Origin: a bacterium
GTDB taxonomy: Bacteria; UBA10199; 2-02-FULL-50-16; JAJFLM01
Reading direction: 5' to 3'
Length of the DNA: 64,000 nucleotides
Assembly (NCBI GenBank): GCA_965216315.1
Contig: CBDCFN010000016.1
Span: 32,001 to 96,000, forward strand
In this document: one piece after another, positions 48,647 to 58,736 of the stretch
Numbering within the stretch: position 1 is the first letter of the stretch
Layout: every line of letters starts with the position of its first letter
Notes under the pieces: model-generated
Told to the model about the DNA's origin: nothing
What the model saw: only the letters and a program-made list of their open reading frames with translations
The model's database searches: none
Made by a program: the position numbers and the translations under genes

Positions 48647-50953
48647 TCATTTATTTGCAGACGGCGAGACCATTTGGACGTTCAAGGGCTTGAGGGTGTC
48701 GAGGTGGACATCGCGCTGCGGGAAGGCGATCGTGATGCCCGCCTCGCGGAATAACTCATCGATGCGATAGCGGATTTCACTCTCGACGATCTTGCGATCC
48801 ATCAAGATGCGCATGCGGATCCAAAAATGGACTTCAAAGATTAGGGCGTTGTCGCCGAATTCGGAGAACAGGATGATCGGTTCGGGAAACTTGAGCACGC
48901 GCTCGTTCTCGGTGACGGCCTGTTTGATCATTTCGGTCGTTTTCTGGGTATCACTTCCGTAGCTGACCCCGACGCTGATCATGGTCCGATAGCGATCATC
49001 GGTATGAGTCCAGTTGATGACGTTCTTTTCCAGGAAAGAGCTGTTGGGGACCAGGATATCGATGTTATTAAACGTTCGGATATGGGTGCAACGGGCGCCG
49101 ATCCGAATCACGCGGCCGTGCATGCCCTCCAATTCGATCATATCCGAGACGTTGATCGGGCGCTCCATGAGCAGGATGAGGCCACTGATGAAATTATTAA
49201 TGAGGTTTTGACTCCCGAAACCGATTCCGATGGCAATCGCACCACCGAGCAGGGTGAAGAGAGTCAGAGGGACGTTCGCAACCTTGAGCGCAAAGATGGT
49301 AATCAGCAGCAGCAGGATATACTGAGTTATCGATTGCAAGGCGGCATGAGCACCGACATTGTGGCCAAAGCGCGCGTACAGTCGTTTGCCGAGGATGCGA
49401 CTGATGTGTTTCGAAAAGAGAATGCCGAGCAGGAAGAGCGTAAAGGCAATGACGATTTTTTGTACGGTCAAGGGCCTATCATCAATAACACCGACTTCGT
49501 AGTGCCAGAACTGTTCGTAAAGGCGTTGGCCTTCTTCCGTGATTGAACTGATCGTGATCGGGTCGAGTATCCGGTCGATTTGAGCCAGAATTTTTTCGTA
49601 AAAAAGGATCGCTTCGTCAATAGGCAGAAGCTGCTCGTTAGCGGAATCGATGAAATCTTTAAGGACCTCCATCTCATAACGCAGCCAACGTTTTTGCGGG
49701 GCCTCTATCGTATCCGATGTTTCTAATACCTCCTCGATTGAAAGGAGTTTTTTACGATGTTCGGAAATATATTTGAGCACGGAAAGTTGGTCGGCGGCGC
49801 TTGTTTTGAGTGCTTTGGAAACATCAGTGCGCCAATCCCGTAAATTTGTTCGGGAGGCCTCGTCATTGAAGATGCGCTGCCGCCATTCCCACATCGTGAT
49901 TTGATTATTCAAATCAGAAAGGACACGGCTGAATATCTGATTTTTCAGTTGTAAAGTGTCTTTTTCTTGCTGGCGTGCCTCCAATTCTTGTGCCAGCTTT
50001 TCCTGTAGTCCCGGATTCGTTATCAGCTTGTTTTGGAGCGAAACAAGCTCGCTTTCGGTTTTTTGAAGCTTGTCGCGCGTAGCCTCCAATAATTTGCGTA
50101 ACTTCATTTCATCCGTGCGCAGTGATTGAGTTAGATTTTTCAGCTCGGAGTCGGAAAACTCCGTATGGGGGCGCGCTTGTTCTATCTTAAGTGTCAGGAG
50201 TTCCAGCTTGCGATCCGTAATCCAGAATTCATCGCTTTTGATTTGCAGTTTTATTTTCAGTAACTTTATTGTCGCTGCAACTAACTCGCTGGCTAATTCG
50301 GCTTCGGCCAAGTCCGCTTTGACCTGAGCTTGTTGGCCTGCCTCCTTGTTGGAGGTCAGCTTCTCGAGAATCTGTCTGCGCCCCCGCTCTTTGCGCTGAA
50401 AATCCTCTTCCATGTCCTCAATCGAGGTATTAAGGTTTGCGACTTCTTCTTTAAGGCGCAGTTTTCTGTCTTGTGCCGTTGCAAAGTCCTGCTCAAGTTG
50501 GTCGAGAAAGGAGAAGGAATAAGGGGGAGCTTTTTCAAGACCTTTCTCCTTGAACTGATCAAGTTCTGACTGGCTCCGATCCCGTGAGGTCAGATTTTTT
50601 TTGAGGCCGGAGAGCAGATCGACCTGTTGACCCAGGATGAGGTCGATATTTTTTAATAAGTTAATCTGTAGATCCAGCTGAGCCGCCTTTTTTTCATCAG
50701 ACGTCTTAATAGCATTGCGTTGAGTCTCGAGGGTGTCACGTTTCTTAGTAAGCTCATTTCTTTTTTCAATGACGGCTTCTGATTGCTCCTGCCACGTCGG
50801 CGGTAATTCATCCGCATCATCTTTTTGTTTTTGATTGAGGGGCTGCATGAGCGGCAGCTGAACAAGAGCGGCGCTGGCGTTCGAAGAGTTGAATAGAGGC
50901 GTGAAAAACCCGAGCCCGACAATCAGGCAAGAGACTAGGGGACCGTAGCGCAT
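48647..50953 (-). CDS. Mechanosensitive channel (MscS/MscK-like) with long periplasmic coiled coil
   Basis: GIGFGSQNLINNFISG.ILL.ERPI, VPNS, IAFPQRDVH; signal peptide. Confidence 0.9.
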   Translation of the reverse strand: MRYGPLVSCLIVGLGFFTPLFNSSNASAALVQLPLMQPLNQKQKDDADELPPTWQEQSEAVIEKRNELTKKRDTLETQRNAIKTSDEKKAAQLDLQINLLKNIDLILGQQVDLLSGLKKNLTSRDRSQSELDQFKEKGLEKAPPYSFSFLDQLEQDFATAQDRKLRLKEEVANLNTSIEDMEEDFQRKERGRRQILEKLTSNKEAGQQAQVKADLAEAELASELVAATIKLLKIKLQIKSDEFWITDRKLELLTLKIEQARPHTEFSDSELKNLTQSLRTDEMKLRKLLEATRDKLQKTESELVSLQNKLITNPGLQEKLAQELEARQQEKDTLQLKNQIFSRVLSDLNNQITMWEWRQRIFNDEASRTNLRDWRTDVSKALKTSAADQLSVLKYISEHRKKLLSIEEVLETSDTIEAPQKRWLRYEMEVLKDFIDSANEQLLPIDEAILFYEKILAQIDRILDPITISSITEEGQRLYEQFWHYEVGVIDDRPLTVQKIVIAFTLFLLGILFSKHISRILGKRLYARFGHNVGAHAALQSITQYILLLLITIFALKVANVPLTLFTLLGGAIAIGIGFGSQNLINNFISGLILLMERPINVSDMIELEGMHGRVIRIGARCTHIRTFNNIDILVPNSSFLEKNVINWTHTDDRYRTMISVGVSYGSDTQKTTEMIKQAVTENERVLKFPEPIILFSEFGDNALIFEVHFWIRMRILMDRKIVESEIRYRIDELFREAGITIAFPQRDVHLDTLKPLNVQMVSPSANK

Positions 50954-51007
50954 CGCCAAGGGATAGCCTATAAGTTCACTGCTGACAATCTTAACTTTTT
51001 TGAGATT

Positions 51008-52102
51008 CTAGCTCGTGAAAACGAGCTCGAAAGATCCTACTTGCAGTTTATCCCCCGAACGTAAGACCTGTTCCGTAACGGTATGTCCGTTGACGTACGT
51101 GCCATTGGAGGAGTTGTTATCGATGACCATGTATTGGTTGCCACTCTGCCGAATAACCGCATGGCGCCGGGAAACGCGGGGCTCTTTGAGGACGACTTCG
51201 TTGTTAGGTGAACGGCCTATAGTGAGCTCTTGGCTGATCTTGAATTGGCCCACAGCCTGTCCATTTTCATATAAGAGGAGAGTGGCGGGCTGATCCGCTG
51301 TTATTTCACTGGAGGCAATAGGGGCTTTTTCCCCTTGTTTGTCAACGGCACGTGGTGCAACCGCACCGACATTGGGTGGTGGCATGGCGGCCGGTGCGGC
51401 TTCGGCTGTGTGTGTCGGTTCGGGTTCCGCTTTGGGTTCCGGCTGAGTCGGCAAACTTGCTAGCTCTTGGGGGACACCCGCATCGATATCGATGCCTTTG
51501 AAAATATCATCATATTGATTGATGGCTGCCTGCAAATTGTCCTGTTCATCACGAGCTTCCTGGAGGACGCCCTTTTCTTTTGCAGAAATGTCCTGGAATT
51601 CTTCATCCGTATATTCGCCCAGCTCATGGCGAAATCCAGCTTCTTCCAGCGTGTCTTCATGTTCCATCACTCTGCGGGTGGCTTCGGCCTCTTTGTGGCG
51701 AAGCCCCTTGAGTTCGTTATCGATGTCCGTCTTAATTCCCAATAGATCCGTACGGCACTGGTCGAGCCGACTTGAGTAATCGCCGGCGACTTTTTCATAG
51801 ACGCTGTCTTTGATTTTGCCTTTGCTATCGATGATTTTGTCGAGACGCTCCCGGAGTATATTCCATTGCTGGCGGATCTCACGGGCCTTGGAGATCACCT
51901 CATTGTTGAGGTGTTTGAGGACTTCCGGGCCCGCTTGTTTGGTAAGGTCTATCGCGATGACCGGTTCCGAGGGTGCTTCCGGCATGGGGGCCGTAAAGGT
52001 GTCCGTATCGGCTTCGGCCGCCATCGACTCGGTGGGTTCCTCATCGTCGCCGCTATTTATCGGATTGTCCTTGAGCTCGTCTGTATTCTCTTCAATTGCC
52101 AT
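51008..52102 (-). CDS. Coiled-coil protein with C-terminal FHA domain
   Basis: IGR...N.VVL....VSRRHA, D..SSNGTYVNG. Confidence 0.88.
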   Translation of the reverse strand: MAIEENTDELKDNPINSGDDEEPTESMAAEADTDTFTAPMPEAPSEPVIAIDLTKQAGPEVLKHLNNEVISKAREIRQQWNILRERLDKIIDSKGKIKDSVYEKVAGDYSSRLDQCRTDLLGIKTDIDNELKGLRHKEAEATRRVMEHEDTLEEAGFRHELGEYTDEEFQDISAKEKGVLQEARDEQDNLQAAINQYDDIFKGIDIDAGVPQELASLPTQPEPKAEPEPTHTAEAAPAAMPPPNVGAVAPRAVDKQGEKAPIASSEITADQPATLLLYENGQAVGQFKISQELTIGRSPNNEVVLKEPRVSRRHAVIRQSGNQYMVIDNNSSNGTYVNGHTVTEQVLRSGDKLQVGSFELVFTS

Positions 52103-52149
52103 CCTAGTGTAACCTATCGAAGTTATTGCAATTCTGGCCCTAGTGTACG

Positions 52150-53013
52150 TTATGGGCGGGATGGAGTCAACGAGTTGGCTAAAAAGGCGGCAGCGTCCTT
52201 GCGGCCCATCGCGATGGTCTCCAGGATGAGGGAATGCTTCCGCGTCAGGCGTGACACGGGGAGTTCGGCGCTCGGCCGGATCACGCGGGCGCGCCCCTGG
52301 CGCTCGAGCTCGTCAATGAAGTCCAATTGGCGGTTGTAGCGGATGTGGCGCTCCAAGATCGCTTCGGCAAGGGCCGGATAACGGCGGAAGATCCAACGTG
52401 GCCAGGGCCAGCGTGAAACCGCCTCCTTTCGATAGCCTGCGGGCTGCGTCAGGACCAGCCAGATTTCATCACAGTTTTCATCGAGAGCCTTTTGGATGGG
52501 AATAGAGTCCGCAATCCCCCCATCGGCATAGGGCTCCCCTCTGTTCCAAACAGGGAGAGGATAGGCAATCGGCATGGCGGCACTGGCACGCAGAGCTTCC
52601 AGTACATCAATGCGATCTTTATTGTGAAAATAGTGGGCTTTGCCGGTATGGCAATTGGTTGCGGTGATGTAAAAATCGACCGGGCTATCAATGATCGCTT
52701 GCGTGTCTAACGGCTCGCGATGAACAAAGACGTCATGAATGAGGTAGTCCAGGTTCATGATAGGCCGCGGGGTCAGTAGATGACGATAACGAATAAAGCG
52801 GCCCCCGTGGAGGTAATTGCTCCAAAGCTTTTCGAGTATATGATGTTGTTGCGAAACCCAGTACGCAATGCTGCAGGCGCCGGCGGAACTTCCACAGATG
52901 ACATCAAAGGAGGGGACATCCTTATTTTCATGTAGTTCCGCTAAGGCCCCCGCGGAATGGGATCCGCGGATGCCGCCGCCTTCAATAACCAGGCCTCGTT
53001 TGATCGTTGCCAT
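52150..53013 (-). CDS. Patatin family phospholipase (YjjU-like)
   Basis: EGGGIRG, GSSAG, ASAAMP, DGG.ADSIP. Confidence 0.9.
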   Translation of the reverse strand: MATIKRGLVIEGGGIRGSHSAGALAELHENKDVPSFDVICGSSAGACSIAYWVSQQHHILEKLWSNYLHGGRFIRYRHLLTPRPIMNLDYLIHDVFVHREPLDTQAIIDSPVDFYITATNCHTGKAHYFHNKDRIDVLEALRASAAMPIAYPLPVWNRGEPYADGGIADSIPIQKALDENCDEIWLVLTQPAGYRKEAVSRWPWPRWIFRRYPALAEAILERHIRYNRQLDFIDELERQGRARVIRPSAELPVSRLTRKHSLILETIAMGRKDAAAFLANSLTPSRP

Positions 53014-53105
53014 GCTAGGGATATAGCGAGACCGCGGTGGGATTTCAAGAAGGTGCCTTAACGTGATTTATTGACTTTAATTTCGGCTGGTGTGACTCTT
53101 AAAGG

Positions 53106-54053
53106 ATGGGAAACCCGCTGAAATCATTTGTTATTGGTTCACGGGGGAGCCGCTTGGCCTTGGTGCAAGCGGAATCCGTAAAAGCGGAGCTTGAGGCGCG
53201 GCACGCCGATTTGCAAGTGAGCCTTGAGATCATCAAGACTTCTGGAGATATCCGCAAGGACCATCCGCTCGACAGCTCGGGCCGCAAGGGGCTCTACACG
53301 CGTGAGATCGAACAAGAACTCGCGAGTCAGCGGATTGACTGCGCTGTTCACTCGATGAAAGATCTGCCGAGTCAATTGGAGGCTGGGTTTGAGATTGCGG
53401 CGATTACCAAGCGCGAAGATCCGCGTGATGTTTTTGTGTCGAAAAAATATTCCGAACTACTCGCATTGCCGAAGAACGGTCGAGTGGGTACTTCAAGTTT
53501 GCGGCGCATGACCCAACTCAAAAACCTCCGGCCTGATCTGGAAGTGCTGCCGCTGCGTGGCAATGTTGAAACGCGTTTGAAGAAATTGGAAACCGAGGAT
53601 TTTGATGGCATTATCTTGGCAGCGGCCGGTTTAAGGCGCTTGGGCCTGGAAAGTGAAATTACGGAAGCGCTCGCCCCGACGATTATGGTGCCGTCGGCGG
53701 GTCAAGGGGCATTGGCGATCGAAATACGGGCTGACGATAATGAAGCCCGCAACATCGTGGGGTTTTTGAATGACCCGGATACCTCAATCGCCGTGCGCGC
53801 CGAACGGGCCTGTGTGCGGCGCTTACAAGGCGGCTGTGAGGTGCCGATTACGGCCTACGCGGCGGTCGAATGGAACCGAATTGAAATTGTGTGTTTAGTG
53901 GCAACTCCGGATGGCCGTGAGGTCTTGAGGGATCGCTGTGAAGGGGATTTGCAGCATCCCGAGGCAACCGGAGAAAAACTGGCGGAGACCCTCTTAAAGC
54001 AAGGGGCCGGCCGCATCATTGATCAGATAATGGCCCATGTCCAAAAAAGGTAA
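53106..54053 (+). CDS. hemC: Hydroxymethylbilane synthase
   Basis: GSRGSRLAL.Q, VHSMKD, GTSSLRR, RGNV.TRL, GGCEVPI. Confidence 0.97.
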   Translation: MGNPLKSFVIGSRGSRLALVQAESVKAELEARHADLQVSLEIIKTSGDIRKDHPLDSSGRKGLYTREIEQELASQRIDCAVHSMKDLPSQLEAGFEIAAITKREDPRDVFVSKKYSELLALPKNGRVGTSSLRRMTQLKNLRPDLEVLPLRGNVETRLKKLETEDFDGIILAAAGLRRLGLESEITEALAPTIMVPSAGQGALAIEIRADDNEARNIVGFLNDPDTSIAVRAERACVRRLQGGCEVPITAYAAVEWNRIEIVCLVATPDGREVLRDRCEGDLQHPEATGEKLAETLLKQGAGRIIDQIMAHVQKR

Positions 54054-55572
54054 AGTCTATCTTGTCGGCGCCGGCCCCGGTGATCCGGGGTTGATCACAG
54101 TGCGGGGTTTGCAGCTCTTGCGCGAGGCAGAACTCGTTGTTTGCGATGCCCTTGTTCCCGATGAGATACTCAACGAAATTCCCGCCGGATGTCGTGTCAT
54201 CGATGCCGGCAAGCGGGCGGGGCATCATCGGCTCAAGCAACAGGAAATCACCAAAATTCTTATACGTGAGGCCCGCAAAGGGAAGGCCGTTGTCCGTTTA
54301 AAAGGCGGAGACCCTTTTTTGCTCGGCCGTGGCGGTGAAGAGGCACTCGATTTAAAAAAAGCGCGTATTCCGTTCGAAATTGTGCCGGGCGTCAGTTCGG
54401 CCAATGCAGTGCCGGCTTATGCAGGCATTCCTCTGACGCATCGAGATATTAATTCGTGTGTGACGATCCTGACAGGTCACGGCGAGTCACAAAGTCGCCG
54501 CTTGGGTCCCGCCCCACTCGACTGGCCGTCACTGGCGGAACAGGATGTCTTGGTCCTCTTAATGGGGTTGAAGAGTATCCGGCAAAACATGAAGGCCCTG
54601 ATCCAGGCCGGTAAAGATCCGAAGACGCCCGTCGCTGTCATTGAAAAAGGAACATTGCCGGAGCAACGGACGATTACCGGGACCATCAAGGATATTGCCG
54701 GCAAGGTGGGTCGGGCCCGTATCGAGGCGCCGGTTGTCATTGTCGTTGGCACGATTACGCGCTTGCGGTCAAAGCTTGGGTGGTTTGAGTCGAAGCCCCT
54801 TTTTGCCAAACATATACTCGTCACACGGGCGCGCCATCAGGCGGCCGAATTGACCCAACGGCTGCTTGCAGAGGGAGCGCGGGTAACGGAGATACCGACA
54901 ATCGGAATCGAGCCGCCGCGGTCGTGGCGTGTACTGGATCAGGCCTTGAAGCAGTTAATGGATTTTTCGTGGCTGATTTTTACCAGTGTGAATGGAGTCC
55001 GAGCTTTTTTTAATCGTTTGTACAGTCGCGATTATGATGTGCGCGCCTTGGGCCATCTCAAAGTGGCCGTGATCGGGCCCGCGACGGCCTCGTGTCTGGC
55101 AGGCTATGGCATTTCGGCGGATGTGATCGCCGAATCGTATCGTGCGGAGGGCTTGCTGGAAAAACTTTCCGATAGTTTTCTTTCCAATGAGGAAGTCTTG
55201 ATAGCACGGGCGACGGAGGCCCGTTCTGTCCTGCCGGATGAACTCAAGCGGTGGGGTGCCCGGGTTGTGGTCGCGCCGTGTTACCGGGCGGTCATTCCTT
55301 CCGATTCAAGGACGGAACTCAAACGATTGATCAGAGACGATCCGCCGGATTTATTGAGCTTCGCCAGCTCGAGCATGGCGGCCAATTTTGCGGCCATTCT
55401 CAGCAAAGATCGCAAGCTCTGGAATCGCGCCCGCAAGATTCCGGCGGCGTGCATCGGTCCGATCACCGCCCGGACCGTCAGGGATGTCGGTTTAAAAATG
55501 GCGGTTCAGCCCAAGCAATTCACGATTCCTGACCTGGTTGAGGCGATTCGACGTTATGGGAAGAAACTTTAA
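54037..55572 (+). CDS. cobA: Uroporphyrinogen-III C-methyltransferase / uroporphyrinogen-III synthase fusion
   Basis: VGAGPGDPGLIT, RLKGGDP..GRGGEE, GIPLTHR; HemD part VTRA, FTSVNGV, IGP.TA. Confidence 0.93.
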   Translation: MSKKGKVYLVGAGPGDPGLITVRGLQLLREAELVVCDALVPDEILNEIPAGCRVIDAGKRAGHHRLKQQEITKILIREARKGKAVVRLKGGDPFLLGRGGEEALDLKKARIPFEIVPGVSSANAVPAYAGIPLTHRDINSCVTILTGHGESQSRRLGPAPLDWPSLAEQDVLVLLMGLKSIRQNMKALIQAGKDPKTPVAVIEKGTLPEQRTITGTIKDIAGKVGRARIEAPVVIVVGTITRLRSKLGWFESKPLFAKHILVTRARHQAAELTQRLLAEGARVTEIPTIGIEPPRSWRVLDQALKQLMDFSWLIFTSVNGVRAFFNRLYSRDYDVRALGHLKVAVIGPATASCLAGYGISADVIAESYRAEGLLEKLSDSFLSNEEVLIARATEARSVLPDELKRWGARVVVAPCYRAVIPSDSRTELKRLIRDDPPDLLSFASSSMAANFAAILSKDRKLWNRARKIPAACIGPITARTVRDVGLKMAVQPKQFTIPDLVEAIRRYGKKL

Positions 55573-56609
55573 GGAACGAGGGCCGTTCCCGCGATGCCGA
55601 GGCTCTCGTCCAGGCCGTGCATGAGATTCATGTTTTGCACCGCCTGACCGGATGCGCCCTTGGTGAGGTTGTCGAGGGCTGAGATGACGGTGATGAGTTC
55701 GGTCCGCTCATCGTAATAGACGCCGATATCACAATAGTTAGTTCCTCGAACCTGTTTGGTGCCGGGGAATTCTCCTAACGGAAGGATCCGGACAAAAGGT
55801 TCATTCCGGTAGAATTTTTGAAAGACCTCAATCACATCATTACTGGTCAATTTTTTTAGCGGCTTGGCATAAATGGTTGCGAGCAGGCCCCGGTCCATCG
55901 GTATCAAATGTGGGGTGAAACGAAGCTGGAGTTCTTCGCCCGCGAGTTTGCTGAGTTCCTGTTCGATTTCAGAGGTATGCCGGTGTTTCTCGACGCCGTA
56001 TGCCCGCAAACTTTCGTTAACTTCACCAAAAATGGTATTTTGTTGAGGTGTCCGTCCAGCACCAGAGGTGCCCGACTTGGCGTCGGCAATGATGCCTTGA
56101 TGCGCTATCAAGTTGGCTTTGAGTAGCGGAGCGATCCCTAAAATAATCGTGGTCGGGTAGCAGCCGGGATTTGCCACCAAAAAAGCGGATTTAATTTGAT
56201 CCCGGTAGAGTTCCGGTAGTCCATAGACTTTTTCTTTGAGGAGCTCTGGCTTACTATGCTCGCCATAAGTTTCTTTGAAGAGGCTCAAGGAATCCAGCCT
56301 GAAGTCCGCCGACAGGTCGATGACCTTGCTGCCATAGTCTAGGAGTGCGGGTACATGGGGCATAGACTGTTGATGCGGCAAGCAGCTGAACACCAGGGTT
56401 GTTTGCTTGGCGATCTCTTTAGGATGTAGCTTGACGAGCTCCTGATCACAGCAATTCCTGAACGCAGGAAACACGTCGGAGTACTTTTGTCCTGCAGAGC
56501 GTTCGGAAGTAAGAACAGTTAGTTCTATTTCTGGATGTTGCAGGAGCAAGCGAACGAGTTCAATGCCGGTATAACCGGTGGCTCCCAAGATGCCGACACG
56601 AATCGACAT
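55569..56609 (-). CDS. argC: N-acetyl-gamma-glutamyl-phosphate reductase
   Basis: GATGYTG.EL, DLSADFR, ANPGCYPT, SG.SGAGR, DNL.KGASGQA. Confidence 0.96.
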   Translation of the reverse strand: MSIRVGILGATGYTGIELVRLLLQHPEIELTVLTSERSAGQKYSDVFPAFRNCCDQELVKLHPKEIAKQTTLVFSCLPHQQSMPHVPALLDYGSKVIDLSADFRLDSLSLFKETYGEHSKPELLKEKVYGLPELYRDQIKSAFLVANPGCYPTTIILGIAPLLKANLIAHQGIIADAKSGTSGAGRTPQQNTIFGEVNESLRAYGVEKHRHTSEIEQELSKLAGEELQLRFTPHLIPMDRGLLATIYAKPLKKLTSNDVIEVFQKFYRNEPFVRILPLGEFPGTKQVRGTNYCDIGVYYDERTELITVISALDNLTKGASGQAVQNMNLMHGLDESLGIAGTALVP

Positions 56610-56613
56610 AATA

Positions 56614-57015
56614 TTACCTCTTGGAGAATTGGGGTGAGCGGCGTGCACCGCGTCTGCCGTAGTGTTTACGCTCGACGATACGGGCATCACGCGTCAGAAA
56701 GCCCGCGTTTTTAAGCGGCTTGCGGTAGTCCTGATTGACCTTGAGCAGGGCCTTGGCCACGCCGTATTTCAAGGCATCGGCCTGGGCCGAGAGGCCGCCG
56801 CCGGCGATATTGGCCTTGATGTTAAATTGATCTTTGGTGCCTGTTACTTCAAAGGGAAGCCGGACTAAAAAGCGTAAGGCTTCGCGCCCAAAATAATCTG
56901 CTTCTTCGCGATTGTTGACCGTGATCGTGCCGTCGCCCGGTTCCATGTAAACCCGTGCGATCGAACGTTTGCGTTTGCCGGTGCCATAAAAATAAGTTTT
57001 TTTCGGTTGTGCCAT
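56614..57015 (-). CDS. rpsI: 30S ribosomal protein S9
   Basis: GTGKRK.SIARV, GGG.SAQA, LTRD.R.VERK, QFSKR. Confidence 0.97.
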   Translation of the reverse strand: MAQPKKTYFYGTGKRKRSIARVYMEPGDGTITVNNREEADYFGREALRFLVRLPFEVTGTKDQFNIKANIAGGGLSAQADALKYGVAKALLKVNQDYRKPLKNAGFLTRDARIVERKHYGRRGARRSPQFSKR

Positions 57016-57017
57016 GA

Positions 57018-57596
57018 TTATTCTTTAGTCTCTTTCTTCTCTTCGGTCTTCTCTTCCGCTTCAGCAGGGGCCGCTTTGCTTTCTGTCTTGGCGGATTCCT
57101 TTTTCTTGGCCGGTGCTTTCTTTTCAGCCTTGGGTTTTGCCGCCGCGACTATTTCCTTATCATTTACGCCGATCACATCCGGTTGTTGCGAGATGTGCGG
57201 ATGCTCCGCTCCTGCATAAATTTTAAGCTTCTTTAAATAATGTTTACGGCTCGCATTTTTCGGAAGCATGCCGCTGACAGCGAGACGCAACAGCTCTTCC
57301 GGCTTTTTCTCGAGCAATTCTCCTGCCGTATTTTCTTTGAGGCCACCTTTATAGCCGGAGTGACGGTAATAAATCTTGTCGCTCAGCTTCTTGCCGGTCA
57401 AGCGGACCTTCTCCGCATTGATAGCGACGACGAAATCTCCCATATCCATGTGAGGCGTAAAGGTCGGCCGGTGTTTGCCGCGTAAGACATTCGCAATCCG
57501 GGTCGCCGCCCGGCCCAGGACGACTCCGTCGAGGTCAATGAGGACCCATTTCCGGTCGGCATCGCCCTTTTTGGGCATGTAGGTCGATTTCTGCAT
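57018..57596 (-). CDS. rplM: 50S ribosomal protein L13 with Lys/Ala/Glu-rich C-terminal extension
   Basis: LGR.A..IA..LRGKHRP.FTPH.D.GD, HSGY.GG, GMLPKN, HPH..Q.P. Confidence 0.96.
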   Translation of the reverse strand: MQKSTYMPKKGDADRKWVLIDLDGVVLGRAATRIANVLRGKHRPTFTPHMDMGDFVVAINAEKVRLTGKKLSDKIYYRHSGYKGGLKENTAGELLEKKPEELLRLAVSGMLPKNASRKHYLKKLKIYAGAEHPHISQQPDVIGVNDKEIVAAAKPKAEKKAPAKKKESAKTESKAAPAEAEEKTEEKKETKE

Positions 57597-57606
57597 AAGG
57601 CGTGGG

Positions 57607-57635
57607 AAAGTAGGGGAAAAGGGCATTAGTGTCAA
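57607..57635 (-). promoter_or_regulatory. Sigma-70 promoter of rplM-rpsI-argC, near-leaderless
   Basis: TTGACA-N17-TACTTT, ATG 10 nt downstream, no SD. Confidence 0.7.
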
Positions 57636-57686
57636 GTGCGGCAAAACTTGATCTTAGGGAGGTCTTTCTCGTAGTCTGCCCGCCTG

Positions 57687-58736
57687 ATGGCAGCGAAAAT
57701 CCGTACTCAAGTCCGCAAGTTGGCCGGCTACCACCTGGACCAGCCTGATTGCCGGATCAAACTCAATCAAAATGAGTCGCCCTACGACCTCCCCATGGGC
57801 CTTAAGACCCGCATTTTGGGCCGGCTTGCCCAACTGCCTTGGAATCGTTATCCCAGTCCCTATGCCGCCGCGCTCCGGGAAAAGATCGCGGTCCAAGTAG
57901 GGTGGAAAACGGAAGGAGTACTCCTCGCCAACGGTTCGAATGTCCTGACCCAGGCCGTGGTCGCGGCGATTGCCGTCGGGGGCAAGGTGATGGCGCCGGT
58001 GCCGAGCTTTTCCCTCTATGAACTTTATGGGCGGCTCTATAATAATAAGGTTGTTAAGGTCCCGTTGGATGCTGAATTCAGTCTCGATGGCGAGCGCTTC
58101 ATCAAAGCGATGAAAAAGCAGCGACCGAACCTGACCTTTATTCCTAATCCTAATGCCCCGACCGGAAATCTTTTTAGTACCAAAGTGCTGAAAGAACTGA
58201 TCCAAGCGGCGCCCGGTTACATCGTCATTGATGAGGCCTACTATCCTTTTTCCGGGGCGACCTTGGTGCCGATGCTGCGTCGCCATCCCCAGTTGCTCAT
58301 CTTAAGGACCTTTTCCAAGGCGTTTTCTTTGGGGGGGGTCCGTATCGGGTATCTCTTGGGCAATCCGCAGACGATCCGTGAAGTGCGCAAGGTGGTGCCG
58401 CCATTTTGTCTCAATGCCTTGGCCGAGACGATTGCAGGCGCCGTGCTCGACTCACCGAAATACGTCGACAAGCTCGTCGATGAAATTAACCGGGAACGTC
58501 ACAAGGTTTTCGTGGCTCTGCGCAAGTTGCCCGGCATCACGCCGTTTCCGAGTCATGCCAACTTCATCCTCTTTCGCGCGCGCAAGCCGAAGGCGATTTT
58601 CAGAGGTCTTTTGAAAAAAGGGATCTTGATCCGTGATGTCTCGGATAGCGGACCGCTCAAGAATTGCCTGCGGGTTAGCATCGGGACGCCGAAAGAGAAT
58701 CAGGCCTTTCTGCGGGTGATGAACCAACTGAACTGA
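57687..58736 (+). CDS. hisC: Histidinol-phosphate aminotransferase
   Basis: KLNQNESP, NRYP, NPNAPTG, DEAY, RTFSKAFSL.G.RIGY. Confidence 0.9.
   Translation: MAAKIRTQVRKLAGYHLDQPDCRIKLNQNESPYDLPMGLKTRILGRLAQLPWNRYPSPYAAALREKIAVQVGWKTEGVLLANGSNVLTQAVVAAIAVGGKVMAPVPSFSLYELYGRLYNNKVVKVPLDAEFSLDGERFIKAMKKQRPNLTFIPNPNAPTGNLFSTKVLKELIQAAPGYIVIDEAYYPFSGATLVPMLRRHPQLLILRTFSKAFSLGGVRIGYLLGNPQTIREVRKVVPPFCLNALAETIAGAVLDSPKYVDKLVDEINRERHKVFVALRKLPGITPFPSHANFILFRARKPKAIFRGLLKKGILIRDVSDSGPLKNCLRVSIGTPKENQAFLRVMNQLN

Noticed and set aside
52114..52140. TTCGATAG upstream of the FHA gene as another sigma-28-like promoter
   Set aside because: No NCAAC at the N14 distance.
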